A DNA stretch of 32,000 nt from Flavobacteriaceae bacterium (GCA_965224465.1 OZ245049.1:1590001-1622000), one strand, 5' to 3'. Positions 17,297-24,695 are shown, counted from the first letter of the stretch. Numbers and translations: made by a program. Notes: generated by a model not told the origin, from the letters alone.

Positions 17297-18916
17297 ATGA
17301 AAAAATATATAAAAACAACAATACTAAGCATCCTTTGTTCTGTGGTCTTGTTCTCTTGCACCAAAGATTTAGACCAGACACCTATTGACCCAGATAGCTC
17401 CACAGAAGTAGATGTGTTCAAATCTAAAGTAGAAGCCAAAAGCGCTTTAGCTAAATTATATGCTTCTTTAGCATTAACAGGACAAAAAGGACCTGCAGGA
17501 GATCCAGATATTCAAGGAATTGACGAAGGATTTTCTCAATTCACCCGTATCTATTACAACCTACAGGAATTGACAACCGACCATGCAGTTGTAGGATGGG
17601 GAGATCCAGGATTGCCAGATTTACACGAAATGAACTGGACCTCTAGCAACAGCTTTGTAGAAGGTATGTACTACCGTCTAGCACAAGAAGTATCTTTTAG
17701 CAACTCTTTTATTGCGAATGCTCAAAAGTTAGCAGAAGACACAGACGTTCAGGTTTTTATAGCTGAAGCTCGTTTCTTAAGAGCATTTGCTTACTACAAC
17801 CTAATGGACATGTTTGCAAACGTTCCACTCGTGACAAAAATTCAAACTGAATTACCTGAAGCAAGTGATCGAACAGAAATTTTTGTTTTTGTAGAAAGTG
17901 AATTAAAAGCTATTGAATCGTTATTAGCTTCCAGTAAATCTAATGAATATGGTCGTGTGGATGAAACTGCTGCACAAGCTTTATTGTCTAGATTGTATTT
18001 AAATGCGGAAATTTTTACAGGAACTGCTAAATATGACGAATGTATCACTTACTCAAATAAAGTAATCAATTCTGGCTATATGATTAACACCGTTGATGGA
18101 AACGGAAATGGATCTGCTTATGACGAATTATTCTTAGCCGACAACAATAGTAATGGTGCTCAAAACGAATTTATTTTTACGTTAAACTTTGACGGTATCG
18201 AATCTCAAACTTATGGTGGTTCTACGTTCTTAGTACACGCTGCTATCGGAGGAAACATGGATCCTACCAAATTTGGAGTAAATGGTGGATGGTTTGGTTT
18301 AAGAACTACCAAAGCATTGGTTTCTAAATTTGAATCTACGCAAACAAATACTGATGGTCATCCAATCGCTTGGGCAGATAGCAGAGCAATGTTTCATGTA
18401 GATGAACAAAACTACGAAATCACAACAATTGCAAACACTTTTGAAGATGGCTACGCAGTAACTAAATTTAAAAATGTTGATATCAATGGAAATCCAGGTC
18501 ATGATACTAATAAAGACTTAGTAGATACCGACATCCCTGTAATTCGTGTTGCAGAAATTTACTTAAACTACGCAGAAGCTGTAGCTAGAGGTGGTGCAGG
18601 AGGTTCTGAAGCAGAAGCTGTAGGATTGATCAATCAATTAAGAGAAAGAGCTTTTGGGAATTCTAACGGAAATATTAACGCAGGAGAACTAACCTTAGCC
18701 TTCATCTTAGACGAACGCTCTAGAGAATTGTATTGGGAAGGTTTTAGAAGAACAGATTTAGTACGTTACGGTCAGTTTACTTCTGCCGATTACCTATGGC
18801 CATTTAAAGGAAATGCAATTAACGGAACTGCTGTAGAAAACTACAGAAATGTATTCCCTATTCCAGCAAATGTACTTTCAGTAAATCCAAACCTTAGTCA
18901 AAACACTGGTTACTAA
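17297..18916 (+). CDS. susD: SusD/RagB-family glycan-binding outer-membrane lipoprotein
   Basis: 539-aa ORF with a lipoprotein signal (SVVLFSC). Helical/TPR-like SusD-type sequence. Canonical position 3' of susC. Confidence 0.9.
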   Translation: MKKYIKTTILSILCSVVLFSCTKDLDQTPIDPDSSTEVDVFKSKVEAKSALAKLYASLALTGQKGPAGDPDIQGIDEGFSQFTRIYYNLQELTTDHAVVGWGDPGLPDLHEMNWTSSNSFVEGMYYRLAQEVSFSNSFIANAQKLAEDTDVQVFIAEARFLRAFAYYNLMDMFANVPLVTKIQTELPEASDRTEIFVFVESELKAIESLLASSKSNEYGRVDETAAQALLSRLYLNAEIFTGTAKYDECITYSNKVINSGYMINTVDGNGNGSAYDELFLADNNSNGAQNEFIFTLNFDGIESQTYGGSTFLVHAAIGGNMDPTKFGVNGGWFGLRTTKALVSKFESTQTNTDGHPIAWADSRAMFHVDEQNYEITTIANTFEDGYAVTKFKNVDINGNPGHDTNKDLVDTDIPVIRVAEIYLNYAEAVARGGAGGSEAEAVGLINQLRERAFGNSNGNINAGELTLAFILDERSRELYWEGFRRTDLVRYGQFTSADYLWPFKGNAINGTAVENYRNVFPIPANVLSVNPNLSQNTGY

Positions 18917-18934
18917 TCTTAAAAGAAAGCAACA

Positions 18935-20272
18935 ATGAAAAATTTTATACATAAAACGTTGATCTTATTGGCGGTGACTCTCGTATTTGGAGCCTGTACA
19001 AAAGACGATAACTTTACGATCGCAGATCCTTCTGCAAAAATAGAGGTCATCGCTTCAAAAACAAGTATTGAACTGTCAAAAGATTTTATTGGACAGGATG
19101 CACTTACGATTTCATGGACAGAAGCTGACTATAACTTTGCTAGTGAAAATCCAACCTACGAAGTGTATTTTGCAATGAATGAAACAACACGTTTATTGAC
19201 AACTACAACTGGTGAGTTTACCAAAACTTTTGAAGTTGAAGAATTTAACAAAGCATTACTAGCTGTAGGTTTCGAACCTAATACTGAAAGTGAATTGATT
19301 ATTACTGTTGTCTCTAAAATTGGCGCCTTAAAAACGACTTCTAAAGGGATCTTAGTAAACGTAACTCCTTATGCTGATAAATTAGATCTATCAACAGCAT
19401 GGGGAATTGTAGGTTCTGCTACTCCAAATAAATGGAACGGACCAGACGTTCCTTTCTATAAAACTTCTGAGGCTACTATATATGTTGCTTATGCAACATT
19501 AGCTACAGGTGAATTCAAAATCAGAAAAGACAATAATTGGCTTGTTGCCTATGGAGATGTAGACAATAACGGTGTGTTAGACCAAGAAGATGACAATAAT
19601 ATTTCTATTGAAGCTGGCACCTACAAAATAACGTTTAATTCAACAGAATTAACATATAAAATTGAAGAGTACACATGGGGAATTGTTGGCTCTGGTTATA
19701 ATGATTGGGGTAATGCGGGTCCTGATGCCAAATTAATCTACGATAGCTCAACCGATACATGGAAAGCTTTAGTAACATTATTAGATGGAGAAATTAAATT
19801 CAGATTAAACAACAGTTGGTCTACAACAAATTACGGAGATCAAAAATCTGATTTAGATGGGGTTTTAGATCAAGAAACAGATAATAACATTATTTCTACT
19901 GCTGGCGTTTATCTTGTAACCGTTGATTTCAATTCTCTTGAATATAGCATTGAAGCTACAGATATCTGGGGAATCGTTGGTTCGGGCTACAATGACTGGG
20001 GTAATGATGGTCCTGACGCTAAGTTTAATATTGATTTTTCTAAAGGAGCTAACATCTGGTACATTAAAAACGTAACATTATTAGACGGAGAAATAAAATT
20101 TAGATTAAACGATAGCTGGGATACCACAAACTACGGTGACCAAAAATCTGATTTAGATGGAATTTTAGACCAAGAACAAGATAACAACATCGAGGTAACC
20201 GCAGGAAACTACGATATTATATTAGATTTTTCAGATACTGAAGCACCTACATATAAAATAACTAAATTATAA
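18935..20272 (+). CDS. SusE/SusF-like surface lipoprotein with three tandem starch-binding-type modules
   Basis: 445-aa ORF with a lipoprotein signal (LVFGAC). SusE-like N-terminal segment followed by three WGIVGS...EIKFR...NYGD... modules. Position after susD matches susE/susF. Confidence 0.75.
   Translation: MKNFIHKTLILLAVTLVFGACTKDDNFTIADPSAKIEVIASKTSIELSKDFIGQDALTISWTEADYNFASENPTYEVYFAMNETTRLLTTTTGEFTKTFEVEEFNKALLAVGFEPNTESELIITVVSKIGALKTTSKGILVNVTPYADKLDLSTAWGIVGSATPNKWNGPDVPFYKTSEATIYVAYATLATGEFKIRKDNNWLVAYGDVDNNGVLDQEDDNNISIEAGTYKITFNSTELTYKIEEYTWGIVGSGYNDWGNAGPDAKLIYDSSTDTWKALVTLLDGEIKFRLNNSWSTTNYGDQKSDLDGVLDQETDNNIISTAGVYLVTVDFNSLEYSIEATDIWGIVGSGYNDWGNDGPDAKFNIDFSKGANIWYIKNVTLLDGEIKFRLNDSWDTTNYGDQKSDLDGILDQEQDNNIEVTAGNYDIILDFSDTEAPTYKITKL
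19400..20269 (+). repeat. Three in-frame tandem domain repeats inside the SusE/F-like gene
   Basis: Units start at the W codons at 19400, 19676 and 19967 (about 92, 97 and 101 codons). Units 2 and 3 align end to end (WGIVGSGYNDWGN.GPDAK...TLLDGEIKFRLN.SW.TTNYGDQKSDLDG.LDQE.DNNI), with many third-position differences at the DNA level. Confidence 0.85.
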
Positions 20273-20275
20273 TTT

Positions 20276-20428
20276 ATACCAGATACATTTCCAAATGACG
20301 GTTTAGAAATGGAATTATTTTTTGTTCTAGCTAAGCGGAAAATCTAAGGATATCCTTAGCTATCGTTCTATTTTTTAACAACGATAGAGCATAAAACAAA
20401 CTATTTATATCGGTCATTTTGAATTCTA
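20276..20428 (-). repeat. MITE-like intergenic repeat, full copy A (inverted relative to copy C)
   Basis: The reverse complement aligns over its whole length with 29023-29176. My hand alignment gives roughly 85% identity with one 1-nt indel. Imperfect terminal inverted repeats are present. It begins 4 nt after the SusE/F-like stop codon. Confidence 0.7.
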
Positions 20429-20437
20429 ATTAATATT

Positions 20438-20483
20438 AAAAACGCCTAAATCGACATCCATTGACGTTTTAGGCGTTTTCTTA
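20438..20483 (+). terminator. Hairpin terminator/attenuator between the SusE/F-like gene and the GH13-T9SS gene
   Basis: AACGCCTAAA (20441-20450) pairs perfectly with TTTAGGCGTT (20468-20477) around a 17-nt loop, followed by a T-rich tail (TTCTTATTT). Confidence 0.55.
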
Positions 20484-20513
20484 TTTCACACCATTACTAA
20501 CACCCCCTAAAAC

Positions 20514-23500
20514 ATGAAAAAACGCTACACCTTACTTTCTTTACTTATTCCTTTTTTAGTTTTTTCTCAAGTCAGTACTATCCCTAGTACACCTACTTCC
20601 AACAATCAAATCACCATTACTTTTAACGCCACTGGAACTGGATTACAAGACTATTCTGGTGCCATTTACGCACACACAGGTCTTATCACATCAGAAAGCA
20701 ATGGTACTTCGGACTGGAAAAACGTACTTACTGAATGGGATGAAAATATCAAAAAAAATAAACTTACAAAAACAGGAAACAACAGCTACACCTTAAGTAT
20801 TAGCCCTTCTGTTTTTGAATACTACAACGTCCCCACAAGTACCATCATAAACAGCATTGCCATTTTATTTCGTACTGCCGATGGAAATACAAAAAGTGGT
20901 CCTGACCTATTCATCACTCTTTACAAAGAAGGTTTAAATGTTGTTTTTACACAGCCATCACCCAATAGTGTCTACGCTATAAATGATGTAGTAAGCATTA
21001 ATGCGGAAGCATCCTCAACTTCAAATTTAGAATTATTTATAGATGGAAATTCGATTTCAACCATCACAAACAACACCCTTCTAAACACAACACATAGTTT
21101 TACAACTACAGGAAATCACAGTTTAAAAATTACAGCTACTACCAACGGTGAAACCAAGCAAGCAACTACAAGTATTTTTATAAAATCCCCCACTCAAAAC
21201 CTACCAAAACCTACAGGAATAACTTACGGAACTACTATAAACTCAGACAATTCTGTATCATTCCTACTAAAAGCACCTGAGAAAGAAACTGTTTTTTTAA
21301 TGGGCGACTTTAACAACTGGAAATTAAACAGTACGTATCAACTAACAAAAGATGGTGATGATTTTTGGATTACACTTCCTGATTTAGAACCGAACACAGA
21401 ATACGCCTACCAATATTTAATTGATTACAGCATCAAAGTTTGCGACCCCTATTCTGAGAATATTTTAGACCCGTGGACAGATAAATATATCAAAAAAGGG
21501 AATTACCCAGACCTAAAAGAGTATCCTTTTAATTTAACAGAAGGATATGTGTCTACGTTTAAAATAAACGAAACACCTTACACCTGGGAAGTGGTTGATT
21601 TTACAAAACCCGCACAAGACAATTTAGTGATTTACGAATTACATATACGTGATTTTACCAAATCTGACTCTTTTAAAGAAGCGATCACCAAACTTGATTA
21701 TTTAGAAAACTTAGGTATTAATGCCATCGAATTAATGCCCATTAACCAATTTGAAGGAACTGACAGTTGGGGATACAACCCTGCCTTATACATGGCTTTG
21801 GACAAAGCCTACGGAACAAAAAACGATTTTAAAAAGTTTGTAGATGAATGTCACAGACGCAGTATTGCTGTATTAGTGGACGTTGTATTTAATCACTCTT
21901 TCAATCAATCACCTATGACACAGATGTACTGGGATGCTACAAATAACAAGCCAGCCGCAAACAACCCATGGTACCATGTAAATCATAATTTAGTAGACAA
22001 TACAGCCGCGCATTGGGGATCGGATTTCAACCACGAATCCCCTTACACTACCGCCTTTTTTAAAGATGTTTTATCGTATTGGATGACAGAATACAAGGTA
22101 GACGGTTTCCGTTTTGACTTTACCAAAGGAATGTCTAATACTATTTATACTGGGAAAGACAACTGGGCTAATACTTACGACCAGTCACGAATTGATATTT
22201 TAAAAAACTATGCCGATTACGTATGGGCTCAAAATTCTGACAATAAAGCCTACGTGATTTTTGAACATTTAGCAGACAATTCTGAAGAAAAAGTATTGGC
22301 AAATCACGGAATTATGTTGTGGGCAAATATGAATCACACCTTTAATCAAAACACCAAAGGAGCCAATAGCAATACGGATATCTCATGGATCTCTTATAAA
22401 GAAAGAGGCTGGAACAATCCAAACGTAGTAGGTTATATGGAAAGTCATGATGAAGAACGTATCATGTACAACAATCTTCAATTTGGAAACAGTGTTGGAA
22501 ATTACACTGTAAAAAACTTAAGCACTGCGCTCTCTCGTATGGAAACTGCTGGAGCTTTTCTTTTTGGAATTCCTGGCCCAAAAATGATATGGCAATTTGG
22601 TGAACTTGGCTATGATAAAAGTATTGATGAAAATGGACGCGTAGGACGCAAACCCATTTTATGGGAATATAAAAATGACAATGCACGAAAACAAGTGTAT
22701 AATACTTGGGCTACGTTCATAAAATTCAAACAAACCATCCCTGCATTTTCCTCAACTAATTTTGATTTAAATGGTACAGGACTCACCAAAAGTATCCTTT
22801 TAAAACACACCGATGGCGATGTCCTAATTGTAGGTAATTTTGACCTTGTAGAAAAAAGTTTTAATGTTACTTTTTCACAAACAGGCACTTGGTATGAATA
22901 TTTTACGGGAGCAGAAAAATCAATAAACACAAATACCGTACAAAATATCACTTTAAAACCAGGAGCATATAAATTGTACTCCACCGTAAAATTAAAAGAT
23001 CCAAGAGGAGGAACTTCCAATGATGATAGTGATGGAGATGGCATTGCAGATACTTTAGACCAATGTCCTAACACCTACCCTGGTGCCACAGTAAGCGAAC
23101 GAGGTTGTCCTATTTTTGACATGCCCGCAGACAATTTCACGGTCTTAGTTTTAGGAGAAACATGTCCTGATCAATCCAATGGAATCATCGCTATCAAAAG
23201 TGTCTTAAACTATGATTTCACAACCACTATAGACGGAACATTCTACAGTTTTACGAATAATTTAACAACAGACAACTTAGCACCTGGCACGTATGATTTC
23301 TGTTTAAACATCCAACAATATGGTTATGAGCAGTGCTTTGAGGTAATTGTCACTGCTGGAACTAACTTATTAGGAAAAGCGAGTACCTCTAAAAAAACGA
23401 GTACCACTACTATCAAATTAGAAAGTGGAACGGCTCCCTATTTTGTAAAGGTTAATGGAAGCGACCTTTTTGAAACCTATAAAACTACCTTTGACATCCC

Positions 23501-23819
23501 TGTAAAACACGGAGATATTATTAAAGTAACTAGCACAAAATTATGCGAAGGGACAATGACACAAAAGATCTCCATTTTCAACACACTTACTGCCTACCCA
23601 AATCCAACAGAAAACAGGATAGAAATAGCTGTTCCAGACACAGAAAGGACATCTCTATTAGTTGCCTTATACAACAGTCAAATGCAATTAATTTTTCAAA
23701 AACAACACGCGGTAAACCAACAGAAAATCACGATTGATTTAGCAGGCTTCCCTAGGGGATTGTATTTCGCCAAACTAAATATGGAGACCTCAGAAACTGT
23801 TAAAATATTAAAGAAATAA
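20514..23819 (+). CDS. Multidomain GH13 (pullulanase/alpha-amylase-like) with CBM48-like module, TSP3 motif and T9SS C-terminal sorting domain
   Basis: 1101-aa ORF with a signal peptide. E-set/CBM48-like segment (VFLMGDFNNWK...EYAYQY). GH13 regions DVVFNHS, GFRFDFTKG, VIFEHL, YMESHDE. DDSDGDGIADTLDQCP calcium-binding TSP3-type motif. C-terminal about 77 aa (AYPNPTENRIEI...GLYFAKL...VKILKK) matches the type-A T9SS sorting-domain pattern. Confidence 0.85.
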   Translation: MKKRYTLLSLLIPFLVFSQVSTIPSTPTSNNQITITFNATGTGLQDYSGAIYAHTGLITSESNGTSDWKNVLTEWDENIKKNKLTKTGNNSYTLSISPSVFEYYNVPTSTIINSIAILFRTADGNTKSGPDLFITLYKEGLNVVFTQPSPNSVYAINDVVSINAEASSTSNLELFIDGNSISTITNNTLLNTTHSFTTTGNHSLKITATTNGETKQATTSIFIKSPTQNLPKPTGITYGTTINSDNSVSFLLKAPEKETVFLMGDFNNWKLNSTYQLTKDGDDFWITLPDLEPNTEYAYQYLIDYSIKVCDPYSENILDPWTDKYIKKGNYPDLKEYPFNLTEGYVSTFKINETPYTWEVVDFTKPAQDNLVIYELHIRDFTKSDSFKEAITKLDYLENLGINAIELMPINQFEGTDSWGYNPALYMALDKAYGTKNDFKKFVDECHRRSIAVLVDVVFNHSFNQSPMTQMYWDATNNKPAANNPWYHVNHNLVDNTAAHWGSDFNHESPYTTAFFKDVLSYWMTEYKVDGFRFDFTKGMSNTIYTGKDNWANTYDQSRIDILKNYADYVWAQNSDNKAYVIFEHLADNSEEKVLANHGIMLWANMNHTFNQNTKGANSNTDISWISYKERGWNNPNVVGYMESHDEERIMYNNLQFGNSVGNYTVKNLSTALSRMETAGAFLFGIPGPKMIWQFGELGYDKSIDENGRVGRKPILWEYKNDNARKQVYNTWATFIKFKQTIPAFSSTNFDLNGTGLTKSILLKHTDGDVLIVGNFDLVEKSFNVTFSQTGTWYEYFTGAEKSINTNTVQNITLKPGAYKLYSTVKLKDPRGGTSNDDSDGDGIADTLDQCPNTYPGATVSERGCPIFDMPADNFTVLVLGETCPDQSNGIIAIKSVLNYDFTTTIDGTFYSFTNNLTTDNLAPGTYDFCLNIQQYGYEQCFEVIVTAGTNLLGKASTSKKTSTTTIKLESGTAPYFVKVNGSDLFETYKTTFDIPVKHGDIIKVTSTKLCEGTMTQKISIFNTLTAYPNPTENRIEIAVPDTERTSLLVALYNSQMQLIFQKQHAVNQQKITIDLAGFPRGLYFAKLNMETSETVKILKK

Positions 23820-23822
23820 ATC

Positions 23823-24527
23823 ATGAAAAAACACATCATACTATCTATTTTAAGCATTGGATTCTTTATTTCATGTGGAGGATCCTCTGGAGAAACAGAC
23901 ATTCCTACCCCAGCCCCAGCCCCAAACACAAACCCTACAACTCCCCTTGCAATCTACCCTGCTAACAATGATTTATGTATAAACAACACGATCTCATTTA
24001 ACTGGAAGGCTGTTACAGATCCAGAAAACGATGCTATAAAATACAGCATTCAAATAGCCACAGACAATGGTTTTGTTAACGTTCAACATCATTTTAAAAA
24101 CATCACCCAAACTACAAAAACGGTGAGTTTAGAAAAAGGAAAAGCATATTACTGGCATGTAAAAGCAACGGATAGTAATAAGGGAGAAAGCACTTATTCT
24201 AACACGCATCAATTTTATACAGAAGGCGAAGCTGAGAGTAACAATGCGCCTTTTTCCCCTGTATTAATAGCTCCTGCTACAAATGCAATTATAACATCAA
24301 ACAGTACAAATTTACAATGGTCTTGCTCCGACGTAGATACGGATACATTAACCTATACTATTTATTTTGGAAGCACAAATCCACCTGTAGCAATGGAACA
24401 GAATTACAGCACAAAATCTTATACAACTACACTAAACAGCAGTACTACCTATTTTTGGAAAATTGATGCAAAAGACAGTAAAGGCGCCATTACTAAGGGA
24501 CATGTATGGACGTTTAAGACAGACTAA
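23823..24527 (+). CDS. Lipoprotein with two FN3-like modules, function unknown
   Basis: 234-aa ORF with a lipoprotein signal (GFFISC) and a PTPAPAPNTNPTTP linker. Two related about 90-aa modules (ISFNWKAVTDPENDAIKYSIQI...YYWHVKATD and NLQWSCSDVDTDTLTYTIYF...YFWKIDAKD). Starts 4 nt after the GH13-T9SS stop. Confidence 0.6.
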   Translation: MKKHIILSILSIGFFISCGGSSGETDIPTPAPAPNTNPTTPLAIYPANNDLCINNTISFNWKAVTDPENDAIKYSIQIATDNGFVNVQHHFKNITQTTKTVSLEKGKAYYWHVKATDSNKGESTYSNTHQFYTEGEAESNNAPFSPVLIAPATNAIITSNSTNLQWSCSDVDTDTLTYTIYFGSTNPPVAMEQNYSTKSYTTTLNSSTTYFWKIDAKDSKGAITKGHVWTFKTD

Positions 24528-24590
24528 TTCCAACCTAAGTTTGTAAAAACTTAAATTTAGAAAGTATTAAGGAAATAAAAGAGAACCAAG

Positions 24591-24673
24591 GTTGTTTTAC
24601 GTTCTAGCCTTGTTAAAAAATAAAACAATAGCTATGGCTATCCATCCATTTTCCGCCTAGCTAGAACAAAAAA
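24591..24673 (+). repeat. MITE-like repeat, truncated core copy B
   Basis: Aligns with the central about 83 bp of copies A and C (GTTGTTTTACGTTCTAGCCTTGTTAAAAAA...TTTTCCGCCTAGCTAGAACAAAAAA). It lacks both terminal inverted-repeat ends. Confidence 0.6.
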
Positions 24674-24695
24674 CTCCATCAAATGATGGAGTTTC
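24668..24695. terminator. Bidirectional terminator hairpin between the convergent FN3-lipoprotein and acyl-CoA dehydrogenase genes
   Basis: CTCCATC (24674-24680) pairs with GATGGAG (24685-24691) around an AAAT loop, extendable by AA/TT. An A-run lies on the left and TTT on the right. On the minus strand the stem is followed by TTTTTGTT. Confidence 0.6.

Noticed and set aside
20376-20389. Operator-like half-site TAACAACGATAGAG inside repeat copy A, which might have meant the repeat spreads LacI-type binding sites
   Set aside because: It matches the susC dyad at only 9 of 14 positions and the right half is not conserved. The homologous segments of copies B and C sit next to unrelated genes.
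22610-23074. 154-aa and 74-aa minus-strand ORFs inside the GH13-T9SS gene, and similar antisense ORFs at 14765-15100, 15440-15628, 17182-17439, 17842-18048, 18299-18502 and 23696-23929
   Set aside because: All are antisense or junction-spanning frames within strongly supported plus-strand genes, and none has a recognisable domain.
24546-24568. Weak AT-only hairpin TAAGTTT-GTAA-AAACTTA just after the FN3-lipoprotein stop
   Set aside because: It is a 7-bp all-A/T/G-poor stem without a U-run. The stronger hairpin at 24668-24695 is the better terminator candidate.
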